64,000 nt of DNA from an uncultured delta proteobacterium (GCA_963696385.1 CAVOKF010000004.1:352001-416000); one strand, 5' to 3'. Counted from the first letter of the stretch, positions 19,276-29,293 are shown. The notes: generated by a model not told the origin, from the sequence alone. Program-made: numbers and translations.

Positions 19276-20858
19276 GCGAGCTCTTTGCCCCGCGCGAGCC
19301 GATCGTCGCGCAAGCGGCGCAGGTAGGTCTTGTGAACTTGAATCGGATCGAGGCTCAATTGCTTGGCGAATTCGACCAAAAATCCGCGCGTGTAGACGAC
19401 GGCAGGCAGTTCGTCGAAGCGCTCGTCTTCGATCGCCTGCAGGTGAGCGCGCCCGATCTTGGTCTTCGCGCACAGATCGGCAAGCTCCAGGCCTTGCGAC
19501 TCCCGCACCTTTCGCAGCAAGGCGCCCGTGAACTCCGTGTCGGGGCCGATCTCGCGCTGCAGCTCATGCTGCAGCATGAGCTGCTCGGCGACAAGCGCAG
19601 GCCGCGTCGTCTTTGCCGACACGGCGAGCGGCTCGGGCTCTGGAAATGTCGACAGATCGTAGGCGCGGCGGCGCACCGCATCGAGAAGGGTGTCGTACGC
19701 TTCGTCGAGCTTGCGCTGCGCCGCGGTCAACTGTTCGGCGTCGAGAAGCGAAACCGTCGCGAGACCGCCGGTCGCGTAGATTTCACGCTGCCTTTTGTAG
19801 GCGCGCCGGATCTCTTCGTCGCTGGCCGATCGTGTGACTCCGAGGACGGCGTAGAGCGTCGGTTCCTCGAGCGGGGCAGGCGACGACGGCGTCATCCGCT
19901 CGACCTTCGAAGTGGCCAGCGCGAGGACTCTTCTCGCGATTCGCTCGACGTTGCGGGCACTCTTGCTCGCGGGGCTATCGACGAGCAGCGGCTTGTTTCG
20001 ACGCACCGTCAGCCACACCGTGTCGTCGTGCTCGATGTGCCCGAGCTCGTCGAGCGCCACGCCGTAGTGGCGCGACACGAGGCTACTCATCCACGCACCG
20101 AGCTCCGTGTCCATCCGCACGCGCGTCTGATTGACGACCAGCTGGACCCGCAGGGCCTGCGCTTCCGCCCACGCGATCTCCGAGAGCACTCGGTCGATGC
20201 GTGCGAGCTTGTGGACCAGATCGATCGGCGACGGCAGCCTGCCCATCTCGATGAGGGCGCGGTCGACGAGCGACGTTCGGAGCTTGTCCCGAAGCAAGAG
20301 TCGGCGCAGACGGCGGCGGAACGCAACGCGCAAAAATCGATACGTCGTCTCGATGGCCGGGGGCTCGGGGACCGTGACGGCGATCGGAATATCCGCTGCC
20401 AGCATGAGATCGAGACCGGGCTCGCTGTGGCCCGAGCCGACGTCGATGACGGCATAATCGGCCGGCAGCGAGCGCAGCGCGGCAAGCCAACGAACCTTTC
20501 TCTGCGAGCGCAGTGGGGCGGCGGGGGCCACCGCGTCGTGCGCGGCGGGTAGGAGCGCGAGCCCCGGCACAGTCGTCGCAACCAGGGCGCCGAGCAGGCC
20601 CTCGGGTCCCCCGGCGCCCAGTTGGGGCTCGACGCGGGCCGCTCTCAGTCCGAAGTGGGCGTGCAAATTGGAGCCGCCCGCGTCCGCGTCGATGAGCACG
20701 ACGGAGCGTCCGAGCTGGGCCAAGTACACGGCGAGATTCACGGCGACGAGGCTCTTACCCACCCCACCGCGTCCCGCCCCGACCGCGACGACGCACGGCG
20801 TGGCTTGGGCCGCATCGGCCTTGTCCGGTGAGTCCTCGTACGGGCGGGTCGGCGTCAT
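19272..20858 (-). CDS. MinD/FlhG-like ATPase fused to a J-like domain and a RodZ-type HTH
   Basis: GRGGVGKS, IDAD, VTVPEPPAI; TLYAVLGVTRSASDEEIRRAYKR (no HPD); GALLRKVRESQGL...YTRGFL. Confidence 0.85.
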   Translation of the reverse strand: MTPTRPYEDSPDKADAAQATPCVVAVGAGRGGVGKSLVAVNLAVYLAQLGRSVVLIDADAGGSNLHAHFGLRAARVEPQLGAGGPEGLLGALVATTVPGLALLPAAHDAVAPAAPLRSQRKVRWLAALRSLPADYAVIDVGSGHSEPGLDLMLAADIPIAVTVPEPPAIETTYRFLRVAFRRRLRRLLLRDKLRTSLVDRALIEMGRLPSPIDLVHKLARIDRVLSEIAWAEAQALRVQLVVNQTRVRMDTELGAWMSSLVSRHYGVALDELGHIEHDDTVWLTVRRNKPLLVDSPASKSARNVERIARRVLALATSKVERMTPSSPAPLEEPTLYAVLGVTRSASDEEIRRAYKRQREIYATGGLATVSLLDAEQLTAAQRKLDEAYDTLLDAVRRRAYDLSTFPEPEPLAVSAKTTRPALVAEQLMLQHELQREIGPDTEFTGALLRKVRESQGLELADLCAKTKIGRAHLQAIEDERFDELPAVVYTRGFLVEFAKQLSLDPIQVHKTYLRRLRDDRLARGKELA

Positions 20859-20934
20859 CGACGACGGGATGTTTACGTCAAGGCGTCGCGCGGATCACCA
20901 CGTCACGCGGTTTTTGACGTAAAAGCGTGACGCG

Positions 20935-21942
20935 ATGCACGTCACCGTCCTGGGCGCCGGGTACATGGGTAGCGCGATCGCCTGCGTCGCTCGCCGACGG
21001 GGCCACGACGTGCGCTTGTGGGGAACGTGGCTCGATGACGGCTTGCTGGAAGCCTGCGAGCGCGGCGCGCCCCATCCCCGCCTCAAGCTCGCCCTGGACG
21101 GCATCGCGCTGTTGCGGTCGGCGCGCTTGGCCGAGGCCCTCGGGGGCGCCGAGCTGGTGGTCTTGGCGGTCAATTCGGAGGGCGTCGTGCCCGTCATGAC
21201 GAGGGCCGTTGGATTTCTGCCGAGCGTCCCGGTGCTGAGCGTCACCAAAGGCCTCCTCGAATCGTCCGTCACCGGGCACATGGACCGCGTCGACGTCGTA
21301 GCGGCGCAGGCCCTTCGGCGTGCCGTTCGCTTCGTTCACGCGGGAGGGCCGGCGAAGGCCATGGAGATCGCCCGAGGCGTCTTGACGTGGATGCAGTTCG
21401 CGGGCAGCCCGGACGATGCAGAGGCGTGCGCGCGCGCTCTTCGCGACGACGCGTTGGTCGTCAGCGTGACCGATGACCTGGCCGGCGCGGCCCTGTGTTC
21501 GGCGCTCAAGAACGCGTACGCGACCGGTCTCGGGCTCTGGGATGGGTACGTCGGCGCCGACGCGCACAATGCGCGCGCCGCTTGCTTCACTCAGGCCATC
21601 GTCGAATTGCGAGCGCTCGTCGCCGCCGGCGGCGGGCGCATCGAGACCGTGCACGGGCCGGCGGGGATCGGCGACCTTCACGTGACGGCGGCCGCCGGGC
21701 GCAATCGGCTGTTCGGCGAGCGGGTCGGCAGAGGCCAGCCGGCTCGCGAGGTCGCCGCCGAAATGAGTGCTTCCGGCGAGCTGACGGAGGGCTATCCGGC
21801 CATTTCTGCCGCATGGCGTTTTGCCCGCGAGCAGGGAGTCCGCGATCTGCCGCTCTTGGAGTCCATCCACGCCATCGTGTGGGAAGCGGCCGACGTGGGC
21901 GACACCCTCGCGCGGTTTCGCATCCTGCCGGCCCAACTATAA
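20935..21942 (+). CDS. gpsA: NAD(P)H-dependent glycerol-3-phosphate dehydrogenase
   Basis: VLGAGYMG, SVTKG, ALKNAYA, AGIGDLHVT, GRNR, TEG. Confidence 0.85.
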   Translation: MHVTVLGAGYMGSAIACVARRRGHDVRLWGTWLDDGLLEACERGAPHPRLKLALDGIALLRSARLAEALGGAELVVLAVNSEGVVPVMTRAVGFLPSVPVLSVTKGLLESSVTGHMDRVDVVAAQALRRAVRFVHAGGPAKAMEIARGVLTWMQFAGSPDDAEACARALRDDALVVSVTDDLAGAALCSALKNAYATGLGLWDGYVGADAHNARAACFTQAIVELRALVAAGGGRIETVHGPAGIGDLHVTAAAGRNRLFGERVGRGQPAREVAAEMSASGELTEGYPAISAAWRFAREQGVRDLPLLESIHAIVWEAADVGDTLARFRILPAQL

Positions 21943-22860
21943 CGAATGAAAGTCGAGCGTGATGTCGTCGAACCGAATCTCGAATGCGCCGGAGGGTCCG
22001 GTGACGCTCGTGGCGATCCCGAGGGTCGGTTCCCCGGGCCCGAGCCAACCCGGAGGGATGGTCGGCGGCGGAAGTCCCCCGCCGTTCGCGCCCGTCGTGA
22101 ACACAATCGTCCCGCTGCCGTCTTGGGCGCGGGTGACTTCCAGGTTCAGGCGAATCCATTGGTTCTCGAAGACCTCGGCGAGCGGTACGGGAACCGGAGC
22201 CATCGACGATGCGGAGGACGAATCCTCCTCGGCGCCGGAGGCGTCGAGGGACGCCGCGTCGCCCGAATCGACGCCGCTCGCGCTCGAGTCGAGCTCGGGG
22301 TTGATGACCTTCACGCAGTCGTGCGCGTTCGGAAGGAGCACCATCGAGATCTCGACGTTGTCGGCCATGGTTGCCGGCGTCAAGACGAGGGCTATGCACA
22401 ACGAGGGTTGATCCGCACTCTCGGCGATATCGGCGAGCAGGAGAAACCCCGCGCCGATGGCGTTCGGATCGTCGGTCAGGAAGTTGGCCTGGGCGACTTG
22501 CACATCGACGCCCAGGGTCACGTCATCGAACGTTCGATTGGGAAAGGCCGTTTCGAGTCCCGTAGCGGCCGAGACGCCGGCCGGCATCGGATCCGCCTCG
22601 GTGTCGAGGGCGAACGGCGGCGATACATCGGACGGGACCAGCGTGCGGCTCGTGCCGGGCGGCGGCGTGGGCGATCCCGGCCAGGCCGCGAAGGCATTGG
22701 CCTCATCCGCGTGATCGAAGTCCTCGCAAAAATCGTGATGGTTGGCTGGCTGGTCGCACCATTCGAGCGAGACGTCGTGCACGCCGACGAGCGACGCGCA
22801 GCTCGCCGTCGCGACGAGTGCGCCGAGGCTCGCGACCGCTACCGCGGCATGCCGATTCAC
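21937..22860 (-). CDS. Hypothetical acidic lipoprotein
   Basis: Signal peptide with lipobox ATASC; FCEDFD motif, beta-rich acidic body ending RFDDITLD; GTGA-coupled to the upstream gene. Confidence 0.7.
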   Translation of the reverse strand: MNRHAAVAVASLGALVATASCASLVGVHDVSLEWCDQPANHHDFCEDFDHADEANAFAAWPGSPTPPPGTSRTLVPSDVSPPFALDTEADPMPAGVSAATGLETAFPNRTFDDVTLGVDVQVAQANFLTDDPNAIGAGFLLLADIAESADQPSLCIALVLTPATMADNVEISMVLLPNAHDCVKVINPELDSSASGVDSGDAASLDASGAEEDSSSASSMAPVPVPLAEVFENQWIRLNLEVTRAQDGSGTIVFTTGANGGGLPPPTIPPGWLGPGEPTLGIATSVTGPSGAFEIRFDDITLDFHSL

Positions 22861-23912
22861 CACGTGCCTCGCGCCACCGCCCCTGCGCCGGCCCAGCCGG
22901 CCATGGGGGCAAGACCGAGCGATCCCGCGGGCGACGACGAACCGGGGTGGGCCGTCCAGTACAGCGCGATGCCGGCAGCGACCAGCAGGCCGCCCGCTGC
23001 GAACGCGACATCCAATCCGGTCGCCGCGTGGCGCGCGTCGCTCACCGCCGAGTAGCCCGTGCTGTCGCAGACCCCGTCGACACAGTGCCCGTGCGAGTCG
23101 CTCTCGCGAGCCAGCGCCACGGCTCCGAGGACGCCCCCCCCCAGGAGCACCGCCACGCCCACGCCACCGACGACCCACCCTGCGGTTCGTTGCCCGGGGC
23201 CGGGGTGGGGCCCGGTGGGCGCGGCTCGCGTCGCTCCGTTTCGGGCCGCTTCGGGCCAGGCCGATCCGACCTTTCCGATCGGGGAGGGGGTGGGCGCCGG
23301 CTCCGGCGCAAGCTCGAGGGGAGGCACCTCGATCGATGCCCTTGCGCCCGCTCCCGGGATCGGCGCGGTCGTTTGCCACGTCCGCTGGCCGGGCGCGCTC
23401 GCCTCGACGACATGAGTCCCGGGGTCGACGGGGATGGGCGTACCCCATTCGGCGCGCCCGACCACCTCGCCATCGCGCCGAATCTGCAAATCGACACGAT
23501 CGGCCTTCTGGGGCACAACGATCGTGAGCAGCGGTAGGGTCGGCTCGAGTTCGGCGACCCGGTCGAGGGCCATGCGGGCCCGCTCGGGCTGGTTGGCTTT
23601 GCGCGCCTGGACCGCGGCCTCTTTGAACGTGACCCACGCGCTCGCGATTTGGCCGCTGCGGTCATAGCAAGTCGCCAGATTGAGGATCGTGCCGGGCGCC
23701 GGATCGATCCGTTCGCTTTCAGCGAACTTCGGGCAAGCGGACGCGGTTTGACCCGCGGCCATGAGATCGCGTCCCTGCTTGAAGAGCGCTTCGGCCGCCG
23801 CCTGATCGGATCCGCTCTGCCCGGCGACGGGCGCGGAAAGCGTCAGCGCGGCGAACGCGACGCCGACCAAGACAGCTGCCGCGCGCGCGCGTTTCGGACG
23901 GGTGCTCAGCAA
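22857..23912 (-). CDS. Secreted TPR plus PEGA-like protein with C-terminal membrane segments
   Basis: Signal peptide; AEALFKQGR...ACPKFAES...NLATCY TPR; PVDPGTHVVEASAPG; typical myxobacterial architecture. Confidence 0.78.
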   Translation of the reverse strand: MLSTRPKRARAAAVLVGVAFAALTLSAPVAGQSGSDQAAAEALFKQGRDLMAAGQTASACPKFAESERIDPAPGTILNLATCYDRSGQIASAWVTFKEAAVQARKANQPERARMALDRVAELEPTLPLLTIVVPQKADRVDLQIRRDGEVVGRAEWGTPIPVDPGTHVVEASAPGQRTWQTTAPIPGAGARASIEVPPLELAPEPAPTPSPIGKVGSAWPEAARNGATRAAPTGPHPGPGQRTAGWVVGGVGVAVLLGGGVLGAVALARESDSHGHCVDGVCDSTGYSAVSDARHAATGLDVAFAAGGLLVAAGIALYWTAHPGSSSPAGSLGLAPMAGWAGAGAVARGTW

Positions 23913-24143
23913 GAGCTCACCATGAGGGCGATGATACGGCGACCTGCCGCGGACGCGGCATCTTTACGACCACCGCCCTCTCATGCGGCAGAGGGACGCC
24001 GAACCGAGGCCGAACCGAAACGGCGGGCTTCATGGCAGCGGCATCGGCATGAGCCCGATCGGTTCGGCCCGCGGTGGGGTTTGCTCGCGCGCGGGCGCTC
24101 CACGCTTGCAGTGCCGTCGGCGCGGCAGTTAGATCATCGCGAG

Positions 24144-25598
24144 ATGACGCTGCCCCCCGCGGCCTTTTTCGACGCCGTCGCACGCGACTTTCCGTCCGAT
24201 CTGCTGACGCGAGACGCGTCCGACCTGACCGAGTACGGGCGCGATTGGACACGCGTCGTCGAGCCGGCACCGTGCGCCATCGCGTTGCCGAGAACGGCCG
24301 AACAGGTCGCGCGTCTCGTCAAGCTCTGCGCGGTTCATTCGGTCCCCGTCGTCCCCTCCGGGGGGCGCACCGGGCTTGCCGGCGGAGCCATTGCGGCTCG
24401 CGGCGAGCTCGTGATGTCACTCGCTCGCATGCGGGCCCTCGGTCCCGTCGACGTCGTCGGGGGCACTGTGCGCGTCGAGGCGGGCGCGATCACTCAGGCC
24501 GTGCACGAGCACGCAGCGCCCTTCGGTCTCACCTGGCCGATCGATTTTGCTTCGAAGGGGTCGAGCACGGTCGGCGGCAACATCGCCACGAACGCGGGTG
24601 GCGTACGCGTTATCCGCTGGGGCCTGACTCGCCAGTGGGTTCTCGGACTCCGGGTCGTTCTGGCGAGCGGCGACGTCCTGGAGATCAACGGTGCGCTCGA
24701 AAAGAACAACACGGGCCTCGACCTTCGCCAGCTGTTCATCGGCAGCGAAGGAACGCTCGGCATCATCACCGAAGCGACGCTCAAACTCGCGCGTGTCCCG
24801 GATCGGGGCGCCGTGTTGCTCTTTGCAGTCGATGACCTGGCGGCTGTGCTGCGCCTGTTTCGAGAGACGCGCGCGTCTCCGTTCGTCATCTCCGCCTACG
24901 AAATGTTCACGGACGTATGCCTGGCGCGCGTTCTCCAGCACCGCAAGATCCGCGCGCCGCTCTCGGCGGCGGTCAGCCATTACGTTTTGGTCGAGATCGA
25001 ATCCCCTCCGGGGGGTGATGCGCTCGAGTCCTGGGTCACGTCCCTTCTCGAGCGCGAAGTCGTGAGGGACGGCGTGCTGGCTCAAACGGCCACAGAGGCG
25101 CGCGATCTATGGGCGTTGCGCGAATCGATCAGTGAGTCGCTGTCGGCGACCGGAACTCCCCACAAGAACGACGTCGCTTTGCCCATTGCCGAGCTCGAGG
25201 ACTTTTGCGCCGCGCTCGGCGCGGTCTTTGCGCGCCGCTATCCCGGCTGGGAAATTTGCCTTTTCGGCCATATCGGCGACGGCAACCTCCACGTCAACGT
25301 CATGAAGCCCGAGGGAATCGACAGGGCAAGATTTCTCGCCCGAACCCAAGAAGCCGACCGCGATTTGTTCGACCTGGTGCGCCGTCACGGTGGAAGCATC
25401 AGCGCGGAGCACGGCGTCGGCCTTCTCAAGAAGCCATGGCTCGGCTGGTCCCGCTCTCCCCAGGAGATCGCCGCGATGCGAGCGGTCAAACGAGCCCTGG
25501 ACCCCGCCAATCTATTGAACCCCGGCAAGATCTTCGACGCCGCCGACGTGGCGACCCCACCCGAAGACCCAGGTGCTCGCGGGGGGCGCGTTCAGTAG
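24144..25598 (+). CDS. FAD-binding oxidoreductase, D-2-hydroxyglutarate/D-lactate dehydrogenase family
   Basis: PSGGRTGLAGG, GGNIATNAGG, FIGSEGTLG, FGHIGDGNLH, SAEHGVG, LNPGK. Confidence 0.9.
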   Translation: MTLPPAAFFDAVARDFPSDLLTRDASDLTEYGRDWTRVVEPAPCAIALPRTAEQVARLVKLCAVHSVPVVPSGGRTGLAGGAIAARGELVMSLARMRALGPVDVVGGTVRVEAGAITQAVHEHAAPFGLTWPIDFASKGSSTVGGNIATNAGGVRVIRWGLTRQWVLGLRVVLASGDVLEINGALEKNNTGLDLRQLFIGSEGTLGIITEATLKLARVPDRGAVLLFAVDDLAAVLRLFRETRASPFVISAYEMFTDVCLARVLQHRKIRAPLSAAVSHYVLVEIESPPGGDALESWVTSLLEREVVRDGVLAQTATEARDLWALRESISESLSATGTPHKNDVALPIAELEDFCAALGAVFARRYPGWEICLFGHIGDGNLHVNVMKPEGIDRARFLARTQEADRDLFDLVRRHGGSISAEHGVGLLKKPWLGWSRSPQEIAAMRAVKRALDPANLLNPGKIFDAADVATPPEDPGARGGRVQ

Positions 25599-26821
25599 AG
25601 GATTCTCGTCTTGATGCTCGTCGCCAGTGCCGCAAGCGCCTTCTTCACGTCGCGCGACACGTCTTGGTCCAAGTCCATCACGAGGTAGCCGATGTCCGGG
25701 TCGGTCGCGAGGACCTGGGCGGCGATGTTCGCTCCCATGTCGCTGACGAGGCGGTTGATGTCGCGCAGCACGCCCGGGACGTTCTTGTGCACGTTCAAGA
25801 TGCGATGCTTGCCGGAGGTGAGGGCCGTATCGATGTGCGGAAAATTCACCGCGCCGGTCGTGACGCCGGCATTGACGAACTTGATGAGCGCCGCACCCAC
25901 CTCGCGGCCGATGGCCTCTTGGGCTTCCGCCGTCGAACCGCCGATGTGAGGCGTCATGAGCACGTTGCCCAGCCCTCGGAGCGGTGTGGCGAACCCATCG
26001 CTGTTCGACTTGGGTTCCTCCGGGAAAACGTCGATGGCTGCACCCGCCAGATGGCCCGTCTTGAGCGCCTCCGCGAGCGCGGGAATGTCGACCACCGTGC
26101 CGCGGCTCGCGTTCAGCAAGTAGCTGCCGCTGCGCATCCGCGCCATTTCGGCCGCTCCGATCATACGTCGCGTCTGCGGCGTCTCGGGAACGTGCAGCGT
26201 GACGAAATCGCTCGCGAGCAGCAGTTCGTCGAGCGTTTTTTTGGACTGGTTGTTGCCCATCGGCAACTTGGCCGCGACGTCGAAGAAAAGCACGCGCATG
26301 CCGAGACCTTCGGCGATGACGCCGACCTGCCGTCCGATGTGCCCATAGCCGACGATACCGAGCGTTTTGCCACGGATTTCGTAGGAGTCCGTCGCGACCT
26401 TGCGCCACTGTCCCGCATGCATCTCGCGGACGCGGTCGCCCAGGCGGCGAGACAGCATCACGATTTCTGCCATGATCATCTCGGCGACGCTGCGCGTATT
26501 CGAGAACGGCGCGTTGAAAACCGGAACCCCGTGGCGATTCGCAGCGGCCAACTCGACCTGATTCGTTCCGATGCAAAAGCAGCCGACCGCCAACAGGCGC
26601 CGAGCGCGCGCCAGCACGGCATCGGTCACGAGCGTCTTGCTCCGGATGCCGAGCACGTGCACGTCGTCGATTCGATTCGCGAGCTCTTCGGTTGCCAGCG
26701 CGCCCGGCAGCGTCTCGATGTGAAAGCCTTCGCCGCGAAAGAGTTCATGGGCGCTCGGGTGAATGTTTTCGAGCAGCAGAATCTTGATCTGGTCCTTGGG
26801 AAATGACGTGGGAGCGGTCAC
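25592..26821 (-). CDS. serA: D-3-phosphoglycerate dehydrogenase with ACT domain
   Basis: GIRSKT, CFCIGTNQV, NTRSVAE, GYGHIG, NASRG, TPHIGGST, HKNVPGVL. Confidence 0.96.
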   Translation of the reverse strand: MTAPTSFPKDQIKILLLENIHPSAHELFRGEGFHIETLPGALATEELANRIDDVHVLGIRSKTLVTDAVLARARRLLAVGCFCIGTNQVELAAANRHGVPVFNAPFSNTRSVAEMIMAEIVMLSRRLGDRVREMHAGQWRKVATDSYEIRGKTLGIVGYGHIGRQVGVIAEGLGMRVLFFDVAAKLPMGNNQSKKTLDELLLASDFVTLHVPETPQTRRMIGAAEMARMRSGSYLLNASRGTVVDIPALAEALKTGHLAGAAIDVFPEEPKSNSDGFATPLRGLGNVLMTPHIGGSTAEAQEAIGREVGAALIKFVNAGVTTGAVNFPHIDTALTSGKHRILNVHKNVPGVLRDINRLVSDMGANIAAQVLATDPDIGYLVMDLDQDVSRDVKKALAALATSIKTRILY

Positions 26822-27174
26822 GTTCGCGGGTGTAACTCGGCCTTCCCGAGGCCGCTAGGCCCCCGGCGCCGCAGCGACGGGCGGATCGGCGGGGCAGATG
26901 CTCGGGCGACGAATCGAGTGCGTTGCGCCCTGGAGCGCTGGCTCGACGAGCCGGACACGGGCCCGTCGAGTGGCTCGAAACCGGGAGCGCCGCCCTCGTC
27001 GTTTCGCGGCCCGTCGGCAGCCCCGGCGCGCTGGGACGTCGTGTTGGGGGGTGGGTGCCCCTGCTGGTCTGTCCGGGACCGGTCCGAAGCCCGGCGGGTC
27101 GTCGTGGCACAAAACGATCGCGTCCGGCGGGAATAACCTTCCCGTCCGTCGGTTTTTCGCGGCAGATCTCTCAG

Positions 27175-27202
27175 TTGACAAGAGCCTTCCCATCGGTACG
27201 AT
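27175..27202 (+). promoter_or_regulatory. Putative sigma70-type promoter for the ABC operon
   Basis: TTGACA-N16-TACGAT about 155 nt upstream of the ATG at 27359. Confidence 0.55.
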
Positions 27203-27358
27203 GCGCCGCCACTTCCGTGATGCCCTTGCGCGTTTGGAGGAGAATTGCCTCTCGGGCGAGCGACATCGGGGGGGATGACGCGACGTTCACGGTTGCACCG
27301 CACGGCCGCGCGCGGCCGTGTCGTCTCTCGGACACGAACTGTTCAGGCTGGAGCCGAA

Positions 27359-28492
27359 ATGTCCAATGACGTGGTGATCTCCGCAGTCGATCTGTCGAAG
27401 AGCTTTGGGTCCTTCCGGGCGCTCGACAAGGTTAATTTCGAGGTAAAACGTGGCGAGATCGTGGGCTTCCTCGGGCCGAACGGCGCCGGCAAGTCGACGA
27501 CGATGCGCATCCTGACGTGCTTCATCGCACCGACCGACGGCACCGCGCGCGTCAACGGGCACGACGTGTTCGACGAGTCGCTGCAAGTCCGCGAGAGCCT
27601 GGGGTATCTGCCGCAGCGCGCTCCCCTTTACCTCGAAATGAGCGTGCTCGAGTACCTGCGCTTCGCTGCCGAGCTCCGTCACCTGGACGCCGAGACGTTT
27701 CGAAAGCATGCGAAGAGCGTCGTGGAGGTCTGCGGTCTCGCGCAGGTGCTGGGCAAAGAGATCCGCCATCTGTCCCACGGCTACCGGCAGCGGGTCGGTC
27801 TCGCGCAAGCCCTGATTCACGATCCGCCGATTCTCATCCTCGACGAGCCCACGAGCGACTTGGACCCGAACGAGAAGGCCGAGTTTCTGGACTACTTGAA
27901 GCAGATTGGCGAGCAGCGCACCGTAATGCTGTCGACGCACAACCTTGCTGAGGTCGAGGCGTCGTGTGCACGCGCCATCATCGTCTCGCGCGGACGCATC
28001 GTCGCGGACGGCCCCCTCGACGAGATTCGAGCCAAGAGCGGTCGTGTCCGGTACGTCGTTTCCATCCAGGAATCAGCGGGTGCCCGTCCGTATCGCGGTC
28101 GCGGCGCGCCCCCGAAGAAGAGCGAGGCCGAAGACGTGCTCGGCAAGGTCGACGGCGTCAAGAAGCTGAGCGAGCTGCCGACCGACGAAGGCGCGCTCGC
28201 ATACGAACTCGTCAGCGAGCGCGACGTCGATCTGCGTCCCGAGGTCTTCCGGGCCGTTGCCGACAAGGGTTGGGTGCTCCTCGAATTGCACCGCGACGCG
28301 CAGACACTCGAGGACGTCTTCCGGGCGCTTACGATCGGCGACGAACGTCGCAATCGCCGGCTGTCCGCGAGCGGCGACGCCGACGCCGACGCCGACGAAG
28401 AGGACGAACGAAACGACGACGACGATTCGACTGGCGCGGCGCGCACGCATTCGCGCGACGCCGCAAAGGCCGCGAGCGAAGAGCGGAGTTGA
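27359..28492 (+). CDS. ABC transporter ATP-binding protein (GldA-like)
   Basis: GPNGAGKST, LSHGYRQR, ILDEP, STH; acidic C-terminal tail. Confidence 0.93.
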   Translation: MSNDVVISAVDLSKSFGSFRALDKVNFEVKRGEIVGFLGPNGAGKSTTMRILTCFIAPTDGTARVNGHDVFDESLQVRESLGYLPQRAPLYLEMSVLEYLRFAAELRHLDAETFRKHAKSVVEVCGLAQVLGKEIRHLSHGYRQRVGLAQALIHDPPILILDEPTSDLDPNEKAEFLDYLKQIGEQRTVMLSTHNLAEVEASCARAIIVSRGRIVADGPLDEIRAKSGRVRYVVSIQESAGARPYRGRGAPPKKSEAEDVLGKVDGVKKLSELPTDEGALAYELVSERDVDLRPEVFRAVADKGWVLLELHRDAQTLEDVFRALTIGDERRNRRLSASGDADADADEEDERNDDDDSTGAARTHSRDAAKAASEERS

Positions 28493-28496
28493 ACCA

Positions 28497-29261
28497 ATGC
28501 GAAATATTCTCATCATTGCCCGTCGCGACCTACGCGCCCAGTTCAACTCGCCGGTGGCCTACGTGGTCCTCGGCGGGACGATGCTGCTTCTCGGTGTCGT
28601 CTTCTTCGTCATCCCGCACATGAGCGTCGGCGCGGAGTTGGTCGGCGGGTTTTGGGACATCGACCACGCGACGGTCGAACAAATGTTCACGTACATTCCG
28701 CCGCTGCTCAGCGTGTTCGTGATCCCCGCCGTCACGATGCGTTCGCTGGCTGCGGAGAAAGGGACCGGGACCCTCGAGCTTCTCATCACGATGCCCGTGC
28801 GCGACAGCGAGGTCATTCTGGGCAAGTACCTCGCGGCGTGCACGATGGTCTTCGTTCTGCTCGCGGCGACCGTGATTTACCCCGTCGCCATGTTCGTGTG
28901 GCCGTGGCACCTCGGGGCACTCGATTGGGGGCCGGTCTGGTCGGGCTACGTGGGCTGCTTTCTCTTCACGTGTGCAGCGGTCGGCGTCGGAATGATGTTC
29001 TCGAGTCTGACGGAAAGCGACGTCGTGGCGTTTTTCTTGACGACGGGCACGTTCGTCATCCTCTACGTCATCGGCGCCATCGCCGCGCTGTTTCACGGAG
29101 GCGCCTTCGCCGATGCGGTCGACTTCATATCGTTTCAGAGTCGCTATCGTGCATTTCCTCGCGGGCTCATCGACACGCGCGCCGTCGTTTACTTCTTTTC
29201 GGTCGCGATCCTGTGCTTGCTCGTGAGCTTTCGTTCGCTCGAGAGCCGCAAGTGGTCCTGA
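28497..29261 (+). CDS. ABC-2 type permease (GldF-like)
   Basis: FNSPVAY, PAVTMRSLAAEKGTGTLELL, ILGKY, RGLIDTR. Confidence 0.9.
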   Translation: MRNILIIARRDLRAQFNSPVAYVVLGGTMLLLGVVFFVIPHMSVGAELVGGFWDIDHATVEQMFTYIPPLLSVFVIPAVTMRSLAAEKGTGTLELLITMPVRDSEVILGKYLAACTMVFVLLAATVIYPVAMFVWPWHLGALDWGPVWSGYVGCFLFTCAAVGVGMMFSSLTESDVVAFFLTTGTFVILYVIGAIAALFHGGAFADAVDFISFQSRYRAFPRGLIDTRAVVYFFSVAILCLLVSFRSLESRKWS

Positions 29262-29293
29262 TCCGGTATTGGCTCTGACAGATTGGGTTCCCC

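Noticed and set aside
27105..27120. TGGCAC as a sigma54 -24 box
   Set aside because: No GC at the -12 position (TGGCACAAAACGATCG)
26822..27174. Possible riboswitch or small gene upstream of serA
   Set aside because: No glycine/SAM/other riboswitch consensus recognisable by eye and the ORFs are low-complexity; an Rfam scan would be needed
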